A stretch of 64,000 bases of DNA from Acidimicrobiia bacterium (GCA_040878325.1 JBBDMM010000010.1:124001-188000); one strand, 5' to 3'; numbered from the stretch's first letter, positions 1 to 9,560 are shown. Notes: a model not told the origin generated them from the letters alone. Translations and numbers: made by a program.

Positions 1-5
1 CGAGA

Positions 6-1661
6 GTGGCAACTCTCGTCTTGGTGTTCGCGCTGGTTGCTGCTGCTTGCGGCGACGACGACAGCGGCGGCACGACCACGACCGCGGCAAGCGATTTCGT
101 GGGAGACGCGGTGGTTGCCCCCGACTGCGATTACGGAGGCAAGATCAAGTCGATCACTGCCACCGACCAGTTCACTGTGGTGTTCGAGATGTGCAAGCCG
201 GTGCCCGCCTTCCCGCAGATCGCGGCGTTCACGCCGTTCGGGATCCAGCCGAAGGAGCACCTCCAGGCCAATGCTGGTCCTGCATTGTTGGAGAACCCCG
301 TTGGCACGGGACCCTTCGTGCTCGACCAGTGGCAGCGCGGCGACAGCATCATCTTCAGTCGTTTCGACGACTACTGGGGCGTCAAGCCCGTGTATGAGAC
401 GCTCGTCTTCCGCTGGGCCACCGAAGGGGCGGCACGCCTTCTCGAGCTCGAGACGGGGAATGTCGATCAGATCACGAATGTGAGCCCTGACGACTTCGAG
501 ACGGTGCAGAACAACCCCGATCTGACGTTCATCCCGTCGGCGAACCCGAACACCTTCTATTTGGCGATGACGAACACGTTCTCGCCGTTCAACAACCTGA
601 AGGTGCGGACCGCGATCGCCATGGGTATCGACCGGCAGCGGATCGTCGACAACTTCTACCCGGAAGGGTCGGAAGTCGCTTCCCACTTCACGCCTTGTTC
701 GATCCCGAACGGGTGCGCGGGTGAAGCGTGGTACGACTTCGACATGGCGGCCGCTCGGGCCCTCCTTGCAGAGGGGCTGGCCGAGGAAGGCCTGTCCGTC
801 GACACATGGACCACTGCGATCTACTACCGGGACGTGTTCCGTGGCTACCTGCCGGAGCCGGGCAGCGTGGCGGTGGAGATCCAGACGCAGTTGATGGAGA
901 ACCTTGGCATCACGGCCGATGTGGTCGTGATGGAGTCGGGCGAGTTCATCGACGAGTCGACCAACGGTCGTCTCGACGGGTTCTACCTACTCGGTTGGGG
1001 TGCGGACTACCCGCACATCACCAACTTCCTCGACTTCCACTTCGGCGAGGCGTATCCAGGGTTCGGTACCGGCCACCCGGAGATCTACGAGAACCTCATC
1101 GAGGCCTCGACGATCGCGGATGAGGCCGAGACCGCGCCGCTGTACGAGGCGGCGAACAACGCCATCCGGGAGCTGGTGCCGATGGTGCCGATCGCTCACG
1201 GAGCGTCCGCTTCGGCGGCGTTGGCGTCGGTGGACGGTGCCCATTTCCGTCCGTTCGGTGCGCCATTGTTCGAGGCGGTCGATCCGGGCAAGGACACGTT
1301 TGTGTGGATGCAGAATGCTGAGCCGATCAGCCTGTACTGCGCCGACGAGACCGATGGTGAATCTCTTGCCGCCTGCCAGCAGGTGGTCGAGGCTCTCCTC
1401 GGTTACGCGATCGACTCAGGTGAGGTCGTGCCGGCACTCGCCACCTCGTGTGATGCGAACGCGGACTCCACTGTGTGGACCTGCGTGATCCGTCAGGGCG
1501 TGAAGTTCCATGATGGGTCGGACCTCGACGCCAACGACGTGGTTGCCTCGTGGGCGGCAGGCATCGATGCCTCCAACCCGTACCACATAGGCAACACCGG
1601 CGTGTTCGAGTACTACGCGTACTTGTTCGATCAGTTGATGAACCTCCCGGCCGAGGGCTGA
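6..1661 (+). CDS. Peptide ABC transporter substrate-binding lipoprotein (family 5, DppA-like), circularly permuted; true start may lie before the window
   Basis: Lipobox VAAAC; PVGTGPF and KVRTAIAMGIDRQ motifs; the family-5 N-terminal signature (PALATSC...IRQGVKFHDGSDLDANDVVAS) is at the C-terminus. Confidence 0.9.
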   Translation: MATLVLVFALVAAACGDDDSGGTTTTAASDFVGDAVVAPDCDYGGKIKSITATDQFTVVFEMCKPVPAFPQIAAFTPFGIQPKEHLQANAGPALLENPVGTGPFVLDQWQRGDSIIFSRFDDYWGVKPVYETLVFRWATEGAARLLELETGNVDQITNVSPDDFETVQNNPDLTFIPSANPNTFYLAMTNTFSPFNNLKVRTAIAMGIDRQRIVDNFYPEGSEVASHFTPCSIPNGCAGEAWYDFDMAAARALLAEGLAEEGLSVDTWTTAIYYRDVFRGYLPEPGSVAVEIQTQLMENLGITADVVVMESGEFIDESTNGRLDGFYLLGWGADYPHITNFLDFHFGEAYPGFGTGHPEIYENLIEASTIADEAETAPLYEAANNAIRELVPMVPIAHGASASAALASVDGAHFRPFGAPLFEAVDPGKDTFVWMQNAEPISLYCADETDGESLAACQQVVEALLGYAIDSGEVVPALATSCDANADSTVWTCVIRQGVKFHDGSDLDANDVVASWAAGIDASNPYHIGNTGVFEYYAYLFDQLMNLPAEG

Positions 1662-1681
1662 TCGCCTCGACGGAGTAACGG

Positions 1682-1712
1682 ACGAGAACCGGGGGGCCCC
1701 CGGTCTCGTTTC
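1682..1712 (+). terminator. Hairpin after the SBP gene (terminator or mRNA-stabilising)
   Basis: ACGAGAACCGGGG...CCCCGGTCTCGT followed by TT. Confidence 0.55.
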
Positions 1713-1716
1713 AAGC

Positions 1717-1900
1717 GCGATACGCAAGTCGCGATACGCAATACGACAGAGCCTGCGAACCAATCGGAAGCACTGGAACTCAAAGGAAGCCCAAGAGGAG
1801 CCAAGAGCGAAGACTCAAGATCCAAGACCGAATTCGTCTTGACTCTTGATTCTTGACTCTTGATTCTTCCGTCGGGTAGCGGGTAGCGGGTAGCGGGAGG
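1717..1900. repeat. Three adjacent period-7 repeat arrays (GCRATAC; CAAGA/TCTTGAY inverted pair; CGGGTAG)
   Basis: gcgatac gcaagtc gcgatac gcaatac; tcttgac tcttgat tcttgac tcttgat; cgggtag x3. Confidence 0.85.
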
Positions 1901-1906
1901 TGACAC

Positions 1907-2986
1907 ATGCTCCACTTCGTCGGGCGGAGGCTGTTGCTCGCGCTTCCGGTGCTGCTTGGCATCCTCATCGCCACTTTTCTGCTTGCCCGAATGATTCCCG
2001 GCGATCCGTGCCGGTCCGCCCTGGGCGAGCGCGCCACCCAGGAAGCCTGCGATCGATTCGAGCGCAACAAGGGCCTCGACAAGCCGATCCCCGTGCAGTT
2101 GGGGATCTATGTCGTCGACGTCGCCCAGGGCGACTTCGGCGACTCCATCCGCTTCTCGCGCCCGGTTTCCCAGATCCTCATCGAACGCCTTCCGATGACG
2201 ATCGAGCTGTCCACTGCGGCCTTGCTCATCGCCCTCGGCGTCGGGATCCCGTTGGGCATCGTGTCTGCCATGAAGCACAACACCGCGGTCGACGTCGGCA
2301 CGATGATGTTTGCCAACATCGGGGTGTCGATGCCGGTCTTCTGGCTCGGCCTTCTCCTGGCGTACTTCTTCGCGCTGGTCCTGGGTGACACGCCGCTGGC
2401 GTTACCACCGTCCGGTCGTTTGAGCGCGGGGTTGATCTCTGAGCCGTTCTACGAGGTATGGGGCCTCGGTGTGAATGACGGGAACTTCTTCCACACGGTC
2501 CTCGAGTTCATCTCGAACCACTACATCTTCAATGCGCTGATCACCGCCGATTGGGAGCTGTTTTTCGATGCCATCCAGCATCTGATCCTGCCGGCGGTGG
2601 CGTTGAGCACGATCCCGATGGCGATCATCGCCCGGATGACCCGGTCGAGCCTGCTCGATGTGCTCGGACGCGACTACGTTCGCACGGCCCGGGCCAAGGG
2701 TGCCCCTGAACGGCGGGTGGTGGTGAGGCACGCTTTCCGCAACGCCATGCTTCCCGTGGTGACGATCATCGGACTCCAGCTCGGAGCGCTGCTCTCAGGA
2801 GCGGTGCTCACCGAGACGGTGTTTGGGCTTGCGGGCGCGGGAACGATGCTGTTCGAGGCCATCACCGCCCGCGACTTTCCGATCATCCAAGGGTTTACCG
2901 TCGTCATCGCTACGGGCTACGTGGTCCTCAATCTCATCGTCGACGTGTCCTACGCGTACTTCGATCCTCGAGTGAGGCTGGAGTGA
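1907..2986 (+). CDS. dppB: Peptide ABC transporter permease (DppB/OppB-like)
   Basis: PGDP, GDFGDS and the EAA loop DYVRTARAKG; RBS GGAGG. Confidence 0.92.
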   Translation: MLHFVGRRLLLALPVLLGILIATFLLARMIPGDPCRSALGERATQEACDRFERNKGLDKPIPVQLGIYVVDVAQGDFGDSIRFSRPVSQILIERLPMTIELSTAALLIALGVGIPLGIVSAMKHNTAVDVGTMMFANIGVSMPVFWLGLLLAYFFALVLGDTPLALPPSGRLSAGLISEPFYEVWGLGVNDGNFFHTVLEFISNHYIFNALITADWELFFDAIQHLILPAVALSTIPMAIIARMTRSSLLDVLGRDYVRTARAKGAPERRVVVRHAFRNAMLPVVTIIGLQLGALLSGAVLTETVFGLAGAGTMLFEAITARDFPIIQGFTVVIATGYVVLNLIVDVSYAYFDPRVRLE

Positions 2987-2990
2987 TGCC

Positions 2991-3947
2991 GTGTCGTGGG
3001 TGAGGAACCGGGTCGACGAACTGAGCCAGCCGCAGGATCCCGCGCGTCTCGTGCAGAAACCTCGCGGTCTGTGGAGCGGGGTGCTGAAGCGGCTACTGCG
3101 TCGCAAGACCGGGGTGATCGGCATGTCGATCATCGGGATGATGGTGCTGGTCGCGTTGGCCGCCCCGCTCCTCGCCCCCTACGACCCCACCAAGGTGCTG
3201 ATCGGCCACGAGGAGAACATCAAACGCCGCGACCCACCGTGCGTCCATCTGTTGGGATGTGACGAGGCGAAGCCGCAGCACATTCTCGGCCTCGACGGCA
3301 ATGCCCGCGACGAGTTCAGCCGAATCATCTACGGCAGCCGGGTGAGCCTCTCGGTGGGCTTCAGCACGGTTTTGGTGGCTTTCACCGTCGGGGCCAGTCT
3401 CGGGGCGATAGCCGGGTTCTGGGGAGGTTGGATCGACAACCTGATCATGCGGGTCATGGACGTCGTGCTCGGTTTCCCCGCGTTGCTCCTCGCCATTGCG
3501 ATCGTCGCCGCACTCGGTCCGGGTTTGAGGAACACGCTTCTGGCCATCGCGATCGTGTCGATTCCGGCGTACGCCAGAGTGATGCGCGCATCGGTGCTTT
3601 CGATCAAAGAGCTTGACTTCGTGGCGGCGTCCCGGGCGCTGGGAGCGTCCGGCGGCCGGATTCTGTGGACCCGTGTCATCCCCAACGCACTGACGCCCCT
3701 CGTTGTGATCGCCACCCTGGGTATCGCGACGGCGATCCTCGACGCCGCCGCCTTCGGCTTCCTGGGCCTGGGGGCGCAGGAGCCGACCGCCGAGTGGGGC
3801 AGCATGCTCGCCCGGGAACGGAATCAGGTATTCAGCGCCCCCCACCTCGTGTTCTTTCCCGGCCTGGCGATCATGATCACCGTCTTGGGGTTCAACCTGC
3901 TCGGTGACGGCCTGCGCGACGCCCTCGACCCCTCACTCGCCGAATGA
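2991..3947 (+). CDS. dppC: Peptide ABC transporter permease (DppC/OppC-like)
   Basis: HILGLDGNARD, SRIIYGSRVSL, FVAASRALGAS, FLGLG..PTAEWG. Confidence 0.92.
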   Translation: MSWVRNRVDELSQPQDPARLVQKPRGLWSGVLKRLLRRKTGVIGMSIIGMMVLVALAAPLLAPYDPTKVLIGHEENIKRRDPPCVHLLGCDEAKPQHILGLDGNARDEFSRIIYGSRVSLSVGFSTVLVAFTVGASLGAIAGFWGGWIDNLIMRVMDVVLGFPALLLAIAIVAALGPGLRNTLLAIAIVSIPAYARVMRASVLSIKELDFVAASRALGASGGRILWTRVIPNALTPLVVIATLGIATAILDAAAFGFLGLGAQEPTAEWGSMLARERNQVFSAPHLVFFPGLAIMITVLGFNLLGDGLRDALDPSLAE

Positions 3948-4945
3948 CAACCGAGCAGCGCCCGATTCTCGAGGTCCGCAACCTCCGGACCTACTTCCAC
4001 ACGCGCGACGGGGTCGTCAAGGCCGTCGACGGGGTGAGTTTCGAGGTACGGCGCGGCGAAATCCTCGGCATCGTCGGCGAGTCCGGATGCGGCAAGAGCG
4101 TCACCTCGCTGTCGCTGATGCGGCTGGTGCCCAAGCCCGGTCGCATCGAAGAGGGATCGAGCGTCACCTTCGACGGCAGGGACATCTTGAAGATGTCGTC
4201 GAAGGAACTGGAGGGCCTGCGGGGAGAGCACGTTTCGATGATCTTCCAGCAGCCGACTTCGGCCTTGAACCCGGTGACCCGGATCGGAGTGCAGATCTCC
4301 GAGGTCTTCGAGATCCACCGTGACCTGAGTCGCGAGGAGGGACTCGAGCGGGCCAAGGAGATGCTCGTAACCGTCGGCATCCCCGACGTCGACCGGCGGG
4401 TCGACTCATATCCGCACGAGTTCTCCGGGGGGATGGCGCAGCGGGTGATGATCGCCATGGCCCTGGCGTGCGAGCCGGACCTCTTGATCGCCGACGAGCC
4501 GACCACCGCCCTCGACGTGACGATCCAGGCGCAGATCCTCGACCTGATGCGCAACCTCCAGCGGAACCTCAACACCGCGACGATCCTCATCACCCACGAC
4601 CTGGGCATCGTCGCCGAGATGGCCGACCGGATCGCGGTCATGTATGCCGGGCAAATCGTCGAGGAGGCGGACGCCGTCACCCTGTTCGAGGAGCCGAAAC
4701 ACCCTTACACCCAGGGGCTGATCGGCTCGGTGCCGGTGCTGGGGACCGTAAAGGAAACTCTCGACACGATCCCCGGGATGGTTCCCGACCTGATCGACCT
4801 TCCGGTCGGCTGCCGCTTCGCAGACCGCTGCAAGGCCCGCATCGAGCATCAATTGACGATCTGCACCGAGATCGAGCCGGAGCTGTTCCAGGTGGGGGAA
4901 GGTCACCGGGCTCGGTGCTGGCTCTACTCGGAGGACCGCCGATGA
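3944..4945 (+). CDS. dppD: Peptide ABC transporter ATPase (DppD-like)
   Basis: [30 protein letters not shown], Cys-rich C-terminus. Confidence 0.93.
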   Translation: MTTEQRPILEVRNLRTYFHTRDGVVKAVDGVSFEVRRGEILGIVGESGCGKSVTSLSLMRLVPKPGRIEEGSSVTFDGRDILKMSSKELEGLRGEHVSMIFQQPTSALNPVTRIGVQISEVFEIHRDLSREEGLERAKEMLVTVGIPDVDRRVDSYPHEFSGGMAQRVMIAMALACEPDLLIADEPTTALDVTIQAQILDLMRNLQRNLNTATILITHDLGIVAEMADRIAVMYAGQIVEEADAVTLFEEPKHPYTQGLIGSVPVLGTVKETLDTIPGMVPDLIDLPVGCRFADRCKARIEHQLTICTEIEPELFQVGEGHRARCWLYSEDRR

Positions 4946-5952
4946 GCGACGTGCTTGTCAGGGTCAAGGACCTGGTGAAGGACTTCCCGGTGAAGGGCGG
5001 CATCCTGCGGCGGACGGTGGCCAACGTGCGCGCCGTGGACGGCGTCGACCTCGAAATCCACCGGGGCGAGTCGGTCGGGTTGGTGGGTGAATCGGGATGC
5101 GGCAAGACGACCCTGGGACGGATGCTGGTACGACTGCTCGATCCGACCTCGGGGACGATCGAGTTCGACGGGGTCGACATCGCCAGCCTGGAGGGCGATG
5201 AACTGAAGAAGATGCGCCAACGCATCCAGATCATCTTCCAGGACCCCTACTCCTCGCTCGATCCGCGGGCCCCGGTGGGGGCGAGCATCGCCGAAGGGTT
5301 GAAGATCCATGGCGTCACCGACCCCGATGAGCGCCATCAGCGGGTGATCGGCATGATGCGGCTCGTCGGCCTCGAGCCATATCACGCCCAGCGCTTTCCT
5401 CACGAGTTCTCGGGGGGCCAACGGCAGCGGATCGGGATCGCCCGGGCGCTCATCCTGCGGCCCGACTTCGTCATCGCCGACGAGCCCGTCTCGGCACTCG
5501 ATGTCTCGGTGCAGGCCCAGGTGCTGAACCTGCTCACCGAACTGCAGGGGGAGTTGGAGCTGACCCTGCTGTTCATTGCCCACAACCTGGCCGTGGTCGA
5601 GCACATCAGCGATCGGGTGGCCGTGATGTATCTGGGCGACATCGTCGAGATCACCGATCGGGAGACGCTCTATCGGGCTCCGGCCCACCCTTACACCGAG
5701 GCGCTGCTGTCGGCGATCCCGGTGCCCGATCCGACCCTCCGCCGCAAGCGCATCCTGCTCGAGGGGGACGTCCCCAGCCCTTTGAATCCGCCTGCCGGCT
5801 GCCGTTTCCACCCCCGCTGCCCGATTGCGGTCGACGGTGTCTGCGACGTCGAGGTACCCAGGCTGCTGCCCGTACCCGGCACGGCAGAACACATGGCCTC
5901 ATGCCACCTCCGCACCGGCGCCTACCGACACCTGGACAAGGCCGCGACGTAG
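4942..5952 (+). CDS. dppF: Peptide ABC transporter ATPase (DppF-like)
   Basis: ATG at 4942 overlaps the previous stop; [32 protein letters not shown]. Confidence 0.93.
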   Translation: MSDVLVRVKDLVKDFPVKGGILRRTVANVRAVDGVDLEIHRGESVGLVGESGCGKTTLGRMLVRLLDPTSGTIEFDGVDIASLEGDELKKMRQRIQIIFQDPYSSLDPRAPVGASIAEGLKIHGVTDPDERHQRVIGMMRLVGLEPYHAQRFPHEFSGGQRQRIGIARALILRPDFVIADEPVSALDVSVQAQVLNLLTELQGELELTLLFIAHNLAVVEHISDRVAVMYLGDIVEITDRETLYRAPAHPYTEALLSAIPVPDPTLRRKRILLEGDVPSPLNPPAGCRFHPRCPIAVDGVCDVEVPRLLPVPGTAEHMASCHLRTGAYRHLDKAAT

Positions 5953-6003
5953 CCGGCGCCCGGCCGCACACGACCCCAGCGCTCATCAACTGACCGCTTC
6001 TGC

Positions 6004-6043
6004 TGCGAACTGCGAATTGCGAGTTGCGGGCGAGCGCAGCGAG
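6004..6043. repeat. Period-7 array (TGCGAAY) followed by GCGAGCGCAGCGAG
   Basis: tgcgaac tgcgaat tgcgagt tgcgggc; the same 14-mer follows the array at 32533-32574. Confidence 0.7.
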
Positions 6044-6067
6044 ACCAAGCCTTACACTTTGGCCCCC

Positions 6068-7315
6068 ATGCGTGACACTGCCGACGTGGTGATAATCGGT
6101 GCCGGGATCATCGGCCTGTCGATCGCCCATCAGATCAGTCGCCGCGATCCGCGCAAGATCGTGATTCTCGAGAAGGCGGCGAACGTGGCCGAGGGTTCGA
6201 CAGGGGCGTCGTCCGCCATCCTCCGCCAGCGGTACACCCACATCGAGGCCATCACCATCGCCCGTGACGGTCTGCGAGCTCATCGCAGCTGGGGGGCGTA
6301 TACCGGGCTGGAGGAACCCCGGGCCCGCTTCCATCACTCCGGGGTGCTGTGGATGCTGGCCGAGGCCCGCGAGGTGGCGGAGCGCGATCGGGATCGAATG
6401 ATCTCGCTCGGCATCGACGCCGAGGTGCTCGATGCCGAAGCCGTTCGCTCCCGGTTCCCCGCACTTTCGACCTGCAACGCCCCCTTCGATCTCAGCGGCG
6501 AAACCGAACACGTCTGTGTCGACCACGACGCCTTTCTATACGAGGGCGATAGCGGGTTCTTCGACCCGGTGAGCGCCGCCCAGGATCTCCTCGAGGTCGT
6601 GCGCCAGGCCGGGGTCGAGGTGCGGTTCCAGACCGCGGTCACTGGTATCCGCACCGCGGGAGCCCGCATCGAAGGCGTCGACTTGGCCGATGGCTCCTCG
6701 ATCGATGCCCCGGTGGTGGTGAACGCGGCCGGTCCCTGGGCCGCCCGTATCGCCGCGATGGCCGGCCTCGAGTGGAAGTGGACGATCCGCCCCATCCGTG
6801 CCCAGGTGATCTACCGGGAATGGCCGCGCGATCTCGTCCCCGGCCCGATTCCAGTGCTGGGCGACTCGTCGGCGGGGATCTACCTGCGACCCGAGGCCAG
6901 CGGACAGCAGATCCTTGTCGGCTCGATTCTCCACGAGGACGAGCAGGAGGTGGTCGAGGATCCGGACCACTTCAACAACAACGTCGATGCTTCCTTCCGC
7001 GACACCAAGATCCATGCACTTCATCATCGGATTCCGGCTCTGCCGTATCGGGGCCAGATTTCCGGATTGGCGGGGATGTACACCATGAATGTCGAGGATG
7101 TCCATCCCATCGTCGGTCCCACCGCCATCGAGGGGTTCATCGTGGCGAACGGCTTCTCGGGCCACGGGTTCAAGGAGTCTCCGTCAGTGGGATCGATGAT
7201 CGCTCGCTTCCTCACCGGTGCCCCCGCCGACGAATGGGACACCGAGGCGCCGATGGAGTTCCTCTCGATCGACCGCGATCCGATCGCGCTGGCAGATACG
7301 ACGGTGTTGGCGTAG
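6068..7315 (+). CDS. FAD-dependent oxidoreductase (DAO / sarcosine oxidase beta family)
   Basis: VIIGAGIIG, VVNAAGPWA, GFSGHGFK; start placed at ATG 6068. Confidence 0.88.
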   Translation: MRDTADVVIIGAGIIGLSIAHQISRRDPRKIVILEKAANVAEGSTGASSAILRQRYTHIEAITIARDGLRAHRSWGAYTGLEEPRARFHHSGVLWMLAEAREVAERDRDRMISLGIDAEVLDAEAVRSRFPALSTCNAPFDLSGETEHVCVDHDAFLYEGDSGFFDPVSAAQDLLEVVRQAGVEVRFQTAVTGIRTAGARIEGVDLADGSSIDAPVVVNAAGPWAARIAAMAGLEWKWTIRPIRAQVIYREWPRDLVPGPIPVLGDSSAGIYLRPEASGQQILVGSILHEDEQEVVEDPDHFNNNVDASFRDTKIHALHHRIPALPYRGQISGLAGMYTMNVEDVHPIVGPTAIEGFIVANGFSGHGFKESPSVGSMIARFLTGAPADEWDTEAPMEFLSIDRDPIALADTTVLA

Positions 7316-7322
7316 AGACTCC

Positions 7323-7352
7323 AGCCTCCACCTCGGGGAGGATGTGGAGGCT
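7323..7352. terminator. Hairpin between convergent genes
   Basis: AGCCTCCAC...GTGGAGGCT. Confidence 0.5.
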
Positions 7353-7356
7353 TGCC

Positions 7357-7530
7357 TCAGTCGTCAATTGGCTCTACGCCGAGCGCTTTGAGCCGCTCCA
7401 GGTTGTCCTTCATGGCCTGGAGTGTCTCCGCGGGGTGCCCGTGCCAGCCTGTCACCTCCCTCATGACTCGCAGCGGCTCTCGGGAGCGGTATGACTTCGT
7501 CGGATTGCCGGGAAACCGGGGGTTCGTCAG
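7357..7530 (-). pseudogene. arr: 3' fragment of rifampin ADP-ribosyltransferase (Arr)
   Basis: LTNPRFPGNPTKSYRSREPLRVMREVTGWHGH...AMKDNLERLKALGVEPIDD resembles the Arr C-terminus; no Arr N-terminal half upstream. Confidence 0.8.
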
Positions 7531-7598
7531 CCGTGGGCCTGGACGACACGACACCGAAGGCAACGGAGCGAAAGGGTCGGCCCCGGGTATAGGGTTGG

Positions 7599-7982
7599 GT
7601 GGTGCCCGAGATTTACCCCTTCCTGGCAGTACGGGATGTGTCTGCAGCTGTCGAGTTCTACGTTCGCGCGTTCGGTGCCGTGGAGGAGGGCGAGCGCCTC
7701 GTAGCGCCCGACGGACGGCAGGTTGCAGTGCTGCGAGTCGCTGGCCAGCATCTCGGAGTTGCGACTGAAGCTCCAGACCTCGGCACCCCGAGTCCAGAGT
7801 CCCTCGGCGCAACGACGGTCCGCATCTCACTCGAGGTGAACGATCCGGATGAGGTCCAGGAACGCGCCGTGTCTGCGGGTGCCAGCGAGATGTTCGCAAT
7901 GGCCGATCAGCCCTACGGGATGCGACAGGGCCGGCTCATCGATCCCTTCGGTCATCACTGGTTAATCGGCAAACGCCTCTAG
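7599..7982 (+). CDS. VOC/glyoxalase (PhnB-like) protein
   Basis: PFLAVRDVSAAVEFYVRAFGA...DQPYGMRQGRLIDPFGHHW. Confidence 0.88.
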   Translation: MVPEIYPFLAVRDVSAAVEFYVRAFGAVEEGERLVAPDGRQVAVLRVAGQHLGVATEAPDLGTPSPESLGATTVRISLEVNDPDEVQERAVSAGASEMFAMADQPYGMRQGRLIDPFGHHWLIGKRL

Positions 7983-8012
7983 AGGCTCCCCTGATCGAGC
8001 GTGGCGGTGCTT

Positions 8013-8044
8013 CCCTCGCCCAGCCTACGTAAATGTCACCTGAC
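8013..8044 (+). repeat. 32-bp cassette-boundary repeat, copy A
   Basis: CCCTCGCCCAGCCTACGTAAATGTCACCTGAC. Confidence 0.85.
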
Positions 8045-8064
8045 GCTTCAGGGCACAACACAGG

Positions 8065-8095
8065 CCCTCGGCCAGCGTCCGTAAAGTCACCCGAG
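8065..8095 (+). repeat. Cassette-boundary repeat, copy B (1-bp deletion)
   Basis: CCCTCGGCCAGCGTCCGTAAAGTCACCCGAG. Confidence 0.85.
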
Positions 8096-8155
8096 GGGGC
8101 GCTCAGGCTGGTGCGGTCACAAGGAGCCAGGACCCCTCCGGGTGAGGGAAAAAGA

Positions 8156-8187
8156 CCGTCGGCCAGGGTGCGCCAATCACATCCGAG
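8156..8187 (+). repeat. Cassette-boundary repeat, copy C
   Basis: CCGTCGGCCAGGGTGCGCCAATCACATCCGAG; 13 nt from the HEAT gene stop. Confidence 0.8.
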
Positions 8188-8200
8188 GGAACGCGGCACC

Positions 8201-8740
8201 CTACGTCCGTCGTTCGATGTCGCCAATGGCGCGCTCGACGCGTCTGGCCGCCGGTTCACCGCTCGTTCGCAGCACGGCGGCGAGAACTCCGACAGCGGAG
8301 TCATCTCCGACCCGGCCTAGGGCGATCACGGCCGCCTGTCGCACCCGCGGATGCGCGTCCTGCAGCGCCCGCTTCAGCTGGGGTGTGACATCGCCCACAC
8401 CAAGTCGACCCAGGGACATGGTCGCGTTCATCCGCACCCGCCAGTGCTCGTCTGCCATCGCCTCGAGCAGCACCTGCCTCGCTCTCGGATCAGCGAGGTA
8501 GGCCATGGAACGCGCCGCCCATGCCCGCGGCCAGTACGTCAGGCGATCTCCGGTCGGATCATGGAGCAGCCTGTCTGCATGTCCATCACCGATGTCGAGC
8601 AGAACGCGGCGCCATGGATGATGAACAAGAGCGGGACCGGCCACCCGTGAACGAAGCAGCTCGGCCAGCACCCGTAGCGCCCGCTCGCCGCCCAAGCGAC
8701 TTGCGAGAGCCTGCGTCCCGATCCTCGGAGTCCACCCCAT
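8201..8740 (-). CDS. HEAT-repeat (PBS lyase-like) protein
   Basis: DEHWRVRMNATMSLGRLG and DAHPRVRQAAVIALGRVG repeats. Confidence 0.8.
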   Translation of the reverse strand: MGWTPRIGTQALASRLGGERALRVLAELLRSRVAGPALVHHPWRRVLLDIGDGHADRLLHDPTGDRLTYWPRAWAARSMAYLADPRARQVLLEAMADEHWRVRMNATMSLGRLGVGDVTPQLKRALQDAHPRVRQAAVIALGRVGDDSAVGVLAAVLRTSGEPAARRVERAIGDIERRT

Positions 8741-8779
8741 ACGGCCGAGACCCTATCTGACTGGCGGGGGGACCCGGTC

Positions 8780-8811
8780 CCATCGGCCAGGGTGCGTAAG
8801 TGTCATCCGAG
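8780..8811 (+). repeat. Cassette-boundary repeat, copy D
   Basis: CCATCGGCCAGGGTGCGTAAGTGTCATCCGAG; 6 nt from the stop at 8818. Confidence 0.85.
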
Positions 8812-8817
8812 AGGTGC

Positions 8818-9477
8818 TTAGGCGCAGAGTGGCACGACACCTCTCGGCCAGCGTTCCACGCCCTCGCTATCCCGGAGGTACACGGCGTTCGGATCGCTTG
8901 GCGAGAGCCACAGCTCCCTTCCGACCGATCGGAAACCTGTATCGATCGCATCCGGAGGCAGCTCCTGCAGTTCGGCGAAGCCCGCCCTCAGCTCGGGCTG
9001 CCCGTAGGCCTGATCCGGGTCGCGTACGTACTCGCTCCCGTCACCCGACCGCCAGGGGTGGTCCCAGCGTGCCCCCACGGGCTCACCGGTCCGAAGCACT
9101 CGTACCGTCTGCCGTCCGCAGTGAGCGGATCCCGCCCACTCGAGGAGCACGTCGAGCCGGACAAGACAGCCCTGGGCGTCGGTCCATGGGAACTCGCGGA
9201 CTGAATGTGGCTCGCCTTCGAGCGAGACGACATCATCCGGTTCTCCGGTGCACTCGTGTGCGGCGGGAGTGGCGGACCATGGATGATGGGATCTCAATAT
9301 CAGGGTGGTCGATATGGTCGACCCCGGGGACAGACCAGTAATCACCGTTGAGTTGTTGGCCCCTTGGTCGGCCGATGAGGTGACTTCCTGGGGTGTGCAT
9401 GCGCCCAGAAGGAGAATCGCTATAGCGACACGAACGCCGATGTGGCCCCTCCTGTGAACGATCCCAGATTGTCGCAC
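8818..9477 (-). CDS. Hypothetical lipoprotein
   Basis: Signal peptide/lipobox AILLLGAC; start moved to GTG 9477 so that it lies inside the repeat-bounded unit. Confidence 0.6.
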   Translation of the reverse strand: MRQSGIVHRRGHIGVRVAIAILLLGACTPQEVTSSADQGANNSTVITGLSPGSTISTTLILRSHHPWSATPAAHECTGEPDDVVSLEGEPHSVREFPWTDAQGCLVRLDVLLEWAGSAHCGRQTVRVLRTGEPVGARWDHPWRSGDGSEYVRDPDQAYGQPELRAGFAELQELPPDAIDTGFRSVGRELWLSPSDPNAVYLRDSEGVERWPRGVVPLCA

Positions 9478-9528
9478 GCCCCTGCGGACCGAAGACCGCG
9501 CGATCGACTCGCAGATAACGGTGCCCTC

Positions 9529-9560
9529 CCCTCGGCCAGCGTACGTAAATGTCACCCGAG
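9529..9560 (+). repeat. Cassette-boundary repeat, copy E
   Basis: CCCTCGGCCAGCGTACGTAAATGTCACCCGAG. Confidence 0.88.

Noticed and set aside
8842..8855. Left-arm matches CTCGGCCAGC(GT) inside ORFs (also ~8660 and ~10071)
   Set aside because: No right arm at the right spacing; expected by chance in GC-rich coding DNA.
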